From contig ADNK01002827.1 in the NCBI GenBank assembly GCA_000320545.1, forward strand, positions 20,659 through 84,658: a DNA stretch of 64,000 nt. Direction: 5' to 3'. The position numbers and the translations under genes are program-made. Every line of letters begins with the position of its first letter. Position 1 is the stretch's first letter. Of this stretch, positions 52,443 to 61,893 are shown piece after piece. The stretch comes from Bigelowiella natans CCMP2755. Lineage: Eukaryota; Protista; Cercozoa. Below the pieces are notes generated by a model. The model saw only the letters and a list, made by a program, of their open reading frames with translations. It ran no database searches and had not been told where the DNA came from.

Positions 52443-54989
52443 ATGTCACAGCAGCTAGAAGAACAGCAGGACTTTGGCTCGCAGGCCGTGCAAGGGCACG
52501 AGCAGAAACAGGAAAGGAAGGGCGATACGGACGCTAAGGAAGGAGGAGGAACACCTCCACAGGCACCGCCGGGACCAGCACCCGGGATTAAGAAAGCAGA
52601 TGCAGCAGCAGAGGCACTGGAGAACTTCTACGAGGCGGACGACGAGGACGTGGCCGCCGAAAGCAAGAAGGTCGTAATGGCATTACGAGCCTTGCGACCC
52701 AGGGCGAGCAACTACGCCAAACTGAAAGTATCGATAGAATACAAGTATCAGACACATGATGTTTGGGCAGCTATCATGCAGGACATCATGGATTACGAAG
52801 CAGACTTACCTCCAGAGTGGGCAGCTTTGTTTAGGAACGACGGGGGTCTGGGCGCCTCGCGGGGGACGACCCAGAGCACCGTCAAGCAGCAGCAGCCGGT
52901 ACAGCGGAACACCCAGTTCATGTCTGTTAAAACAGCACCGGTTATGATAACGAAATACAACGGGAAAAGAGGTGAGGCAAGGAGGTGGTGGAAGAACGCT
53001 AGGAGTATACTCTGCGACTTTACCCCTAACCCCACCGAAAACGACAAGCTCAAATGGCTAGCTATAATAAAGCAAGCCATGGACCTTTACGAGACAGGCA
53101 GGACCCGGATCAGGCAGCTAGAGAAAATACACACTACAGTTAGTGGGCTACGAGACGTTGAGGCGATAATGAAGGCTTTTGTAAATGAACAGGATGCTAA
53201 CTCCCTACCCCAGGCTATTAGAAAATACAGAGCAATGATGCAGCATGAGAGAGAACCTGTTAGAGACTTTGCCACGCGCTTCCAGGATATGATCGACGAA
53301 CTACATGATTTTAATTACAACACAGGTGATGATCAGGCAAGGTTTGAAGAGTTCAAGTTAAAGATAAAGGAATCCACTTACGTTACGGAGAAAGGCTACA
53401 CCACGATGGAGGCAGCAGTGCAGGCTATATCCCTACGCGAGCAGGAGCAGGACCGCAAGTTTACCAGCCCTAAGGTACCTGGCATAGGAAACATTAACGC
53501 TATTAAGCCGCAGCGAGACTGGTACAAGGACAGGGAAGGTAACCGACGTTGCGGATACTGCTCACGTAAAGGGAAACACACCGCTAAAGACTGCAGAGAC
53601 AGGAAAGAAGGACGACCCAGGATGACGATCAGGCAGCTCAACGAACACTACGAGAAGTTAAAGAGAAAGAAAGGCAGAGGACAAGGATATAACAACAGCA
53701 AATGGCAAGGCAGCAACAACGGGAAGAACAATAAATATAAGAACAAAAAGCAGAACAGTATCAATGCTATACAGCAGCAGATAAACGGAATATTAGATCA
53801 CCTTAAGCAGGCGCCGACGAAGACAGCAGTACCAGCAACGCAGGACCAAGACAAGCCCATGACCCTAGACGACATAAAGAACTTAGGAGTATGCAACATT
53901 AATGACGAAGACGCTAACAGGACTATCAAAGTTGCTATGACCAAGGTTAAAGTTAAAGACAGCTACGGAGACTACAAGAAACTACCTGCCCTTTGGGATA
54001 GTGGCAGCATGCCGAAGTCCTTCATAAGCCTAAGCACAGTAAGAAGGTTAGGACTATTGGATCAAGTGACTAAGAAAGAACGTAAATATGCTCAAGCAGA
54101 CGGAAGCTCTTCCATGAAGACCGTCGGTGAGCTAATGCTAAAGCTACAGATACCTGGCAGCGACGCGGAGACCCAAATCAAGACCCGAGTAGCCATGACT
54201 TTATCCATGGAACTACTCCTCGGACAGGATGCCCTAGAAAAATTAGGGGGGATCATATCATTCTACAATCACAAGATATACTTTGCTAAGTTGCCAAAGA
54301 AGTCAGGCAGGACCATCAGCCAGAACATGATACGGCTTGACGAGTGGACCTCTGAGTCAAGCGTTAATGCGTTAGAGTTTATGGACCTAGCGGACAACAA
54401 GCTACCTACACCTACCGAGCTACGGAAGAAGAACCCCGGCAAGACCATCCGACAGATAACGGAGCTACTGGACAAGACCCCCCCAGCTGATGATTGGGAT
54501 ATCGACAAAGGCAAAAAGTACATTAATAAAATATTAAACGAGAAGTACTCTGACATCACCAAGCCGACGACGAAGCCCTCCAGCAAGCTTACCCCAGTAA
54601 AGATCGAGCTAAAGAAGGGATACGAAGAGTGCATCATCAATGACCCAGAACATAGGCGACCGGAAGCGGACTGGGAAAAGATAGAGTGGCAGATCAATGA
54701 ATGGGCAAAGGAAGGGAAGATAGAGCCAAGCAACTCACCATGGAACGTGAGACATGTGCTAGCTAAGAAACCTACTTACCCTTTCTTCCGCCTGGCGCAC
54801 AACTTCATCCGCCACAACCGAGTAATAAAGAGGATCCAGACACCTACACCAAGGATAGATGACGTTATTGAACACGTCATAGGATACAAATACTACTCTT
54901 CCCTAGATAAAAATGAATCATACATGCAGACACCCATCCACAAAACCTCCCGCCCCATTACCGCGTTCTCCAGCAGGCACAGGAAGTAG
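52443..54989 (+). CDS. gag-pol: Gag (CCHC knuckle) - aspartic protease - N-terminal half of RT
   Basis: CGYCSRKGKHTAKDC knuckle; ALWDSGSMPKSFIS protease; IEPSNSPWN...SSLDKNESYMQ...TAFSS RT motifs. Ends at an in-frame TAG. Confidence 0.92.
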   Translation: MSQQLEEQQDFGSQAVQGHEQKQERKGDTDAKEGGGTPPQAPPGPAPGIKKADAAAEALENFYEADDEDVAAESKKVVMALRALRPRASNYAKLKVSIEYKYQTHDVWAAIMQDIMDYEADLPPEWAALFRNDGGLGASRGTTQSTVKQQQPVQRNTQFMSVKTAPVMITKYNGKRGEARRWWKNARSILCDFTPNPTENDKLKWLAIIKQAMDLYETGRTRIRQLEKIHTTVSGLRDVEAIMKAFVNEQDANSLPQAIRKYRAMMQHEREPVRDFATRFQDMIDELHDFNYNTGDDQARFEEFKLKIKESTYVTEKGYTTMEAAVQAISLREQEQDRKFTSPKVPGIGNINAIKPQRDWYKDREGNRRCGYCSRKGKHTAKDCRDRKEGRPRMTIRQLNEHYEKLKRKKGRGQGYNNSKWQGSNNGKNNKYKNKKQNSINAIQQQINGILDHLKQAPTKTAVPATQDQDKPMTLDDIKNLGVCNINDEDANRTIKVAMTKVKVKDSYGDYKKLPALWDSGSMPKSFISLSTVRRLGLLDQVTKKERKYAQADGSSSMKTVGELMLKLQIPGSDAETQIKTRVAMTLSMELLLGQDALEKLGGIISFYNHKIYFAKLPKKSGRTISQNMIRLDEWTSESSVNALEFMDLADNKLPTPTELRKKNPGKTIRQITELLDKTPPADDWDIDKGKKYINKILNEKYSDITKPTTKPSSKLTPVKIELKKGYEECIINDPEHRRPEADWEKIEWQINEWAKEGKIEPSNSPWNVRHVLAKKPTYPFFRLAHNFIRHNRVIKRIQTPTPRIDDVIEHVIGYKYYSSLDKNESYMQTPIHKTSRPITAFSSRHRK

Positions 54990-57416
54990 CACTTCGTCGT
55001 ATTCCCTTACGGCCTAAGCATATCAGGGGATGCGTTCAGTAGTCAGAACTACAGGGCATACACACATGATGGGATGGCGTCTGTGTTGTGGGTGTTTGTG
55101 TTTGTGTATGTGGATGATGACATAATATGTACCAACACAGTCGTCGCTCAGATCTTCCTCCTGGAAAATATATTTATTAGGTTTGCACACTTCGGTTTTA
55201 CTATTAGACTGCAGAAGTGTACATTCCTAGCTACAAGAATCAAGTGGTGTGGATATTACCTGGAGCAAGGCCGCATCACCCCAAACCCCGAGAAAGTAGC
55301 AGCACTACAGCAAGCCCCTAAACCTAAGAATGCAAAGGAGTTAAAGTCATTCTTGCAGACTGCAGCTTGGATACTACGTAGGTTCTCCCCTACCTACGCT
55401 AGGACTGCAGCTGCTTTTACTACTGCTTACCGGAAGGAGAACTCTGTAGGCCTCAGCTTCGCTAAGGTGTGGGCCAAGGCTGGCCTTGATGCCCACTTCG
55501 ATAACCTAATAAAGTTATGCAGCAACACCCTATTGAATGCTAAGCTAGACACTACTAGACCAGCTACCCTATGGACAGACTGGTCTAAGCTAGGTATGGC
55601 TGCTGTACTTACCCAAGACCAGCAGATCATACGGGTGTGGGGCAGGGCCTGCACAGCAGCTGAGGCCAAGTACAGCCCTACAAAAGGAGAGTATAAAGCC
55701 ATGACTGAGGCGCAGAGGAAACTAAGATACTACCTGCTGTCGGTGCCCAGCTTCACCTTAATGACTGACCACAAGCCCCTCCTAGGCATCGACCGCAAGC
55801 TCGAAGCGCCTAACGATGAGTATGCAGCTATGAGGGCGGACACGGAAGAGTTTAGGGACAAGAGGACAGTGGTCTACGCACCAGGAGACAAGCAGCTTGC
55901 TGACTATTTCAGCAGGCTGTTCGAAAAGAAAGTCCCTACCCAGGTCACCCCTATGGTTAACGCGATTACCTTCGAGGACGGCGACTTCCTGCCTGAGCCA
56001 GAGGAGCTCCAGCACCTTCAAGAACACCTGGATAAATACAAACACAAGCATGAGGTACTTAGTGATAGGATATATGTATACACTAATAATGTTAGGCGTA
56101 CCTACGTGCCACGGCGGACCAGGGGAGCCCTTCTCTTTACCGCCCATGGACCTGCACACGTAGGAGAAAACCATATCACTGCTCTACTCTACCATTACTA
56201 CTGGCCCTACAAGCTAAAAGAGATAAGGACATACCTGCGTGGCTGCAGGTGCTCCAGCTTGAAGGCGGCAGGCGTCGCCACCAAGGAGTCCAGCAAGAGC
56301 CGTGCATCTAAGAAAATCAAAGCAAGGAACTTCTTAGATATCGTGCAAATTGATGTTTATAAGTACGATGGCTATCACTACCTTACCTTCGTTGATGTGG
56401 CCACTGGAAAGTGCTGGGTTAAAAAGATTATCAAGGTCAACGTTGCTAAGAAGAACAAAGGCTTATATAAGCAGAGGCTTACTAACTGCTACCGTACCTG
56501 GGAGTCTGAGCTCCAGGCTATCCCTGATGAAGTTAGCATAAACAAGATACCAAAGAAGTTACATGTGGATAATGAGACCTCTCTTCTACAGCTACCACAC
56601 CCTAATATTGATGCCTCACCTGTATACTATGCCCAGTCCAACTCCAAGGTAGAGCGACTCCACCGCACCTTGGCCAACCTAAGCAGGATAAATAGCACCA
56701 CACCAGACAAGATACAAGGGTTAGTAAACGACACCTTCACGTCTGGGGGAGGTATCAAGGATAAGGAGAGGGAAGAAGGCGACGACAACGACGACGATAC
56801 CGAGAGCGAAGACGAGAAGGTCCCGTACGATGGCCGAGTTCTAAAGGAAGGACAGTATGTTAGGGCCAAGGTAAATCTGAGATCGAGAAATAAACAAGAC
56901 CCCTTCTGGGGTGGCGTTGCAAAGGTTACCGAGAGGAAGGGGAGGAAGCAGTACTACATCTATGATGGGAACAGGGTCACCTTGCGCCACATCAGTCACC
57001 TAAAGAATTATGATATCGGTGAGAAGCTCCTAGAGGATGTTAAAGTAAACCCTACTGTGTGGGAGCGAGCAATGCCTTGTTTAGGACCCCGACCTAAGTT
57101 CGATGTGGAATATGGAAACAATAAGGTCAGGGTGAACGACGATTGGCGCATGAAGATTGTCTATCTAGGCTACCCTGGATTACGAAATATGGAGAGGGTA
57201 GCTATGAAAATAAAGGACGGAAAATATCAGCTACTCTACCTAGCTGTTCCCGACTTACCCTTTGAGCACTGGTATAAGGTCCTGGGGGACCTTGATGCAG
57301 AGGGCTGGTATGGACACGAACCTAAGGACGAAGGTGAGTTCTGGGTAAGCGACAAAGGAGATAAGGTTAGAGAGGAATCTATTACCTGGTGGTTGGTGAA
57401 GTTCCGAAAGCGATGA
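54990..57416 (+). CDS. pol: Pol continuation: RT (YVDD), RNase H, integrase, C-terminal Dam-like domain
   Basis: Same frame as 52443. FPYGL and VYVDD (RT); LWTDWS...YSPTKGEYKA...TDHKPL (RNase H); AHGPAH...CRC, QIDVY, HVDNE, SNSKVERLHRTL (integrase). Confidence 0.92.
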   Translation, partial: HFVVFPYGLSISGDAFSSQNYRAYTHDGMASVLWVFVFVYVDDDIICTNTVVAQIFLLENIFIRFAHFGFTIRLQKCTFLATRIKWCGYYLEQGRITPNPEKVAALQQAPKPKNAKELKSFLQTAAWILRRFSPTYARTAAAFTTAYRKENSVGLSFAKVWAKAGLDAHFDNLIKLCSNTLLNAKLDTTRPATLWTDWSKLGMAAVLTQDQQIIRVWGRACTAAEAKYSPTKGEYKAMTEAQRKLRYYLLSVPSFTLMTDHKPLLGIDRKLEAPNDEYAAMRADTEEFRDKRTVVYAPGDKQLADYFSRLFEKKVPTQVTPMVNAITFEDGDFLPEPEELQHLQEHLDKYKHKHEVLSDRIYVYTNNVRRTYVPRRTRGALLFTAHGPAHVGENHITALLYHYYWPYKLKEIRTYLRGCRCSSLKAAGVATKESSKSRASKKIKARNFLDIVQIDVYKYDGYHYLTFVDVATGKCWVKKIIKVNVAKKNKGLYKQRLTNCYRTWESELQAIPDEVSINKIPKKLHVDNETSLLQLPHPNIDASPVYYAQSNSKVERLHRTLANLSRINSTTPDKIQGLVNDTFTSGGGIKDKEREEGDDNDDDTESEDEKVPYDGRVLKEGQYVRAKVNLRSRNKQDPFWGGVAKVTERKGRKQYYIYDGNRVTLRHISHLKNYDIGEKLLEDVKVNPTVWERAMPCLGPRPKFDVEYGNNKVRVNDDWRMKIVYLGYPGLRNMERVAMKIKDGKYQLLYLAVPDLPFEHWYKVLGDLDAEGWYGHEPKDEGEFWVSDKGDKVREESITWWLVKFRKR

Positions 57417-57459
57417 AGGTCTAAGGGAATAAGGAAGGAAGGAAGGAGCAACGTGACTT

Positions 57460-57467
57460 GGGGGAGG
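57460..57467 (+). promoter_or_regulatory. Polypurine tract
   Basis: GGGGGAGG immediately before the 3' LTR, with purine-rich AAGGAAGGAAGGAAGGAG just upstream. Confidence 0.75.
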
Positions 57468-57793
57468 TGTAGCGCGTACCACTACGCGGGCACAAGTCAC
57501 GTGCGACAACAAAGGGGTTGTCGCGGATATAGAATATAGATAACGTAGATATTAATACAGCATAGGCACGTGGGTTCCGGCGGGACTCATGGCAGCACAC
57601 CGGAAGTGTGCTGCCCCACGTGCGGCGGCATTCGCGAAAGCTTCGCGAATGATTACGCAGTGCACGATTTAATAAAAATATAATCTTTAATAAAAATAAA
57701 CACAACTCTTCAAAAGGAAGCAAACGTGCCTTTCCCCCCCCCTGCCTACTTGTGCACGTAGCGCCTCGGCCTGTGAACACCTTACGCGCAACA
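57468..57793 (+). repeat. 3' LTR
   Basis: Identical to 52078-52403. Confidence 0.97.
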
Positions 57794-57988
57794 TGCAGCT
57801 TTGAGCATGTTCGTGATGGTGAGACGGTCTCCTCGGCGTTGAAGGGCGTTGCCACCGACAGCGACGATGAGCCTTTTCTTTTTCATCTCAGTCGATTGAG
57901 CCGACGACGCAGAGACAGCTGCAGTACTCACACGACGAAGTGATCTGTACGATGAGACCAGGCGACGTGTCATCGAGGTGGGCATCAT
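57794..57988 (-). CDS. arcC: Carbamate kinase, N-terminal part with putative mitochondrial presequence
   Basis: MMPTSMTRRLVSSYRSLRRVSTAAVSASSAQSTEMKKKRLIVAVGGNALQRRGDRLTITNMLKAA. Removing the element plus one TGCA copy joins it in frame to SDMAPAIADLA. Confidence 0.9.
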
Positions 57989-58260
57989 TAGCAGTTGTAA
58001 TTGCGCTCCTGGTTCGACGTGTCGCTTTTTGCTGTAAAGGAGATTTCGATGGGACGACAAGCATCATCACCGGTCAGTCCCTCTGTACATCATTGGTTTT
58101 CACGACTGCGACTTGACAAAATGTTGAATGACAAATCGGAGAGGAAGAACGAAGAGAAAATGATTTCAACGGCTGTCATTTGCGGGGTACGACAAACAAA
58201 CTTGCATGTCGGATCGGTAAACAGGAGCATCGAGGCAAAGCTGCTTCACGGCCCGCGCAC

Positions 58261-59640
58261 GCAAAGCAACTGACGTTGCGGCAAACAACAACAGCTCAGC
58301 GCAAGTCAGCCTTCAAATCGCTACACCTCTGATGGTTTTGGGTTTGCACAATGTCCCTCACTGAGTGGGCGTCATTGTGATGCAATGGTGTGGTGCACCG
58401 CTGTGTCATTGGCTTGGTTTGTTCCAGTTGTTGGGCGTGCGTTTCCACTGCAGCACAAGCAAGCCAAGCATGCGACACACAATGCAACGACACGATCATC
58501 GTTGTTAGCTTGCATCGATCGATCTAGCGATGCGTGGCGGCGCTCGTTCGTGTGCACACAAGTTGTGGGGCACATCGAACCACGGCCTTTCCAGCTGCCC
58601 AGCTAGCTCAAAGGTGTGAAGGCAGCCAAATGCACAACAACAACAGCGCGGGCCAGCTCGGGATGATGGACATGTGATGCAATGCATGTGCTGCACGTGA
58701 TGTCACTGTGTCCATCATGAGCATGTCCATCATCGGGGTTTGGCTGGCGGTGACACTGAAACAATGGACACAGTACATGTCACATGTGTCACATGCATTT
58801 GAATGGCACATGTCATGTGCGCTGTGCATGTCATGTATGCGTATGTCCATAGTTGAAACGTGTCAATGCGCTGGAATGGCAGACGAGATGACGGGGCGCG
58901 CCCGCGCAGCTGGGCTTTGGATGCCTCTAGGCTTGTGTGTTTCCAATGCTGCTCATTCATCTCATCTCGCTAGATCTGTGCATCTAGACCTGGCATTTCG
59001 CACGTGATCGATCACTAGTCCATCAGCAAACTGCGCGAAATGCTGACAAGTGCTAGCATGGCTCACGCCAATGCCCTGCAGAGATGTGTCATGTTGGACT
59101 GCATGTGTCGAGGCTATTCCAAGATGAGATGACACCAGCTAGCCAGCGCATTGGAACACCGCCGTGGCAAAAAATGATTTTTTTCATTTTTGAACGCTTT
59201 TTGCTAGTTTGAGGCAAGTTCGTCCATTCGAACCGCCGCGACGAGAGCATTCGAAATCTGGTGTCCTTCAGTGCGCGACTCAGTTTTCCATGCGAAAATC
59301 TGCAACTGAGCTGCGAAAAGGTCATTGCAATGCAGCACGTCATGAAATCCCCAAAATTTGCTCGTGCAGCTAACAACACACTAGCTAGCTAGCACAGCTA
59401 ATTTTTGGCACCAAAAAGTTCGAAAAATCGCATCACCGCACAAATTCACATCGCATCAAGAGCTGGATTGTTGAATCCACATCTCAGTTGCAACATCGAT
59501 TTCTAGTCGCGGTGTTCAAAATCGACCTCTTGATGCAACACAGAATGACACATGTTGTAGCTCACTAGCTAGCTAGCTCAACCAATGTGACGAACAACAT
59601 TCACAATTTGTGTTCATCATGCTAGCATGCGCGTCAGTCC
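58261..59640. other. TpA-depleted, CTAG-retaining intergenic block
   Basis: Hand count: about 10 TA outside CTAG and about 17 CTAG in 1380 bp; CpG plentiful. Confidence 0.85.
59154..59517. mobile_element. Possible eroded MITE/non-autonomous DNA element
   Basis: 9-bp inverted termini GAACACCGC / GCGGTGTTC around a non-coding A/T-run-rich interior. No clear TSD. Confidence 0.25.
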
Positions 59641-60005
59641 AATGAATGTCATGGTTGCTCGCATGAAGTCAATAATTTGTGATGATGAACAATGCTTTTG
59701 TCATCTGTGGATCTTGACGTTCCGCCAATCGCAACATGTGCGTGCAAGCGACCAATGCTACTGTCAATGGCCATTCTGTGGTCATCATGAAACCGCAGCG
59801 ACAGCAGCCGGATACGAAATGCTGCTTTGTATTTTGTGCTCTGATTTTTTTCTTTTCAGACGATGGGATTCTTGTTCATGTCGGTGATTCAACATATGCG
59901 CATATATCTAGATCATCTCGCGATTATATCCGTGCAAAGAAGATCCCTACATAGTTGTTTGGCCGACCCATTCATTCCAACGGAACGGATCCTCGTAGCG
60001 AGTTA

Positions 60006-61860
60006 CTAACCCGATGTATTGAATTGCTTACAACTTGCAAGAAGGCGCCCGATCTGATTGTATAGGCTGGTTTCCGCCTTTGGATCAAGCTTCCCACGTG
60101 CTCCCTGAATAAACGATGAATCAGCAATCATAACATCAGAATGAAATATGTAGATGGCTCGTGGTGATTGATGATAAGAAGAAAATTCTGCTATTGATAT
60201 AGCTAAGCAATTTACTTCAAGGCATTTGAGTGCTTTAGCCTTTTGTTCGTCGGAAAATTTCTTAATGTCCCCGAAGGCATCCAAGAGAGCGTAGGCTGAC
60301 ATCTGATTCACCTACACAACAAAGGAAATACTTTACTAGAGGAATAGCCAATTTCATCGCAAGTCCCCATAGAAATATTGATATTATCGAAGTGTTTCTG
60401 GAGCAAGGTCGAGGACATGAAAACTGCGAACTGTACTTGGCAGCTTGTTTGCTATCTCGTCCCACCTTTCCAACTGTTACGAGGAGCAGCTCCGTCAGCT
60501 TCAGACCCTCATCCTTAGCAACATTAGGTAGTATCTAACTCACTAATACACCTGAAGCAACATTATGTGCAGTACTACCGAGAGAACAGATCTCTTACGA
60601 TTAGCTGCCCAGATTCGTACCACCTATTTGATTCAAGAAAAGATAAGTTGATTGCTCTGCTATTCCGTGGCATTTGCTCAACAACATATCAACATTTACA
60701 CGATGTTTTCGTCTCCCTATTAAAGTCTATTATAACCATTGCTTTGTCGCCATTCATTGTGGGAAAATATCGAGATATTGCCGTTTCTTTCATGCAGGAT
60801 GTGCTTCCTGGCATCAATGACATTCCCACCCTCTGCTAACATTTTCCATCCGAAACTTTTTAAGAAATAGCTCGCACGAATAACAGTCTCACTATTATTA
60901 CTCGACGAGCATGTCCTGCCAAGTTAATGTTGAAGATGGGGTCTTTGATCAATGCTGCGATGATTTTAGGGGCATCATCAGAGTCCAACGAAGAAATCAC
61001 GCCAATCAACTCCTCCGTCGCATCCATATTACTTCCTAGCAATAAATATATCCCGCACCATCACGAATATGATTTTTAATGCAAGTGTGTGGAATGTAGA
61101 GCACCCCACGACTTCTTCAGCTCTTCCATCGTCGAGTCTCGTTCTTGGGCCTACAAAAGCAACAAAGAAATGGCAGCATGAATTGAGCTTATAAGCATAT
61201 ATGCAAGGAGATCGCTGAAACAATGAAGATTATCAAATGTAAATTGAAATTAATGAGGAGGGGAAGGAGGAGGAAGAGAGAAAAGCAGCAACAGATCGAT
61301 CGTAAATATCATCTTGTTCCACATCATAGCTACTTACAACACCATTCTCTTCTCCCCCCCCCCTCGCATTACTTAATCATCATCGTCATCGTCATCATAA
61401 CTGCAAAATAACAACAACTGCAACAACAACTACTACTACTACTAACCTCAGCGAGTTGCAGGTAGTACATGACTCCTCTAGTGCGGTCAGTCATAAATGC
61501 ACTACTGATCAGTGCTTTTGCCCTGGATATTGCCGCTTGTTTTGTCTAAAAACACAGCAGCAGTGAGAAATGTTACAACTGCTAGTTGAGCCAGAATGAT
61601 GTAGTTCTAACGATTATTTTTATCATGATTATTGTGTGCAACGAGTACTTCCCCTCCTCCTCCTCTATCGAAAGGGAGACGCATTCATTTATTTATAAAT
61701 GATGAAACACTTTTACGTTCCCTACTACCCATTGAAGGCACCTTCTCGTTGTATTTTGCCGCTGCAACCATGAGCCTCAAGCAATGTCCCTTCAGAGCCT
61801 GTTGTCGCATGTTGTCGCACGCGTATTTGAGCAGGTTATTGAGGAGATGGAGGAAGAGAA

Positions 61861-61893
<33 letters not shown>

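Larger units (their letters stand above)
52078..57793 (+). mobile_element. Full-length Ty3/Gypsy LTR retrotransposon (5.7 kb), recent insertion
   Basis: Two 326-bp LTRs (TG...CA), identical by eye. 4-bp TSD TGCA at 52074-52077 and 57794-57797. Domain order gag-PR-RT-RH-IN. Confidence 0.97.

Noticed and set aside
58296-59379. Many overlapping His/Cys/Met-rich ORFs (also at 26992-27790 and 43230-43884)
   Set aside because: Artefact of TpA loss: TAA/TAG stops and Tyr codons vanish, which opens spurious frames on both strands.
58261-59640. CpG-methylation decay or fungal RIP as the cause of the TG/CA excess
   Set aside because: CpG remains abundant and TpA is depleted rather than enriched.
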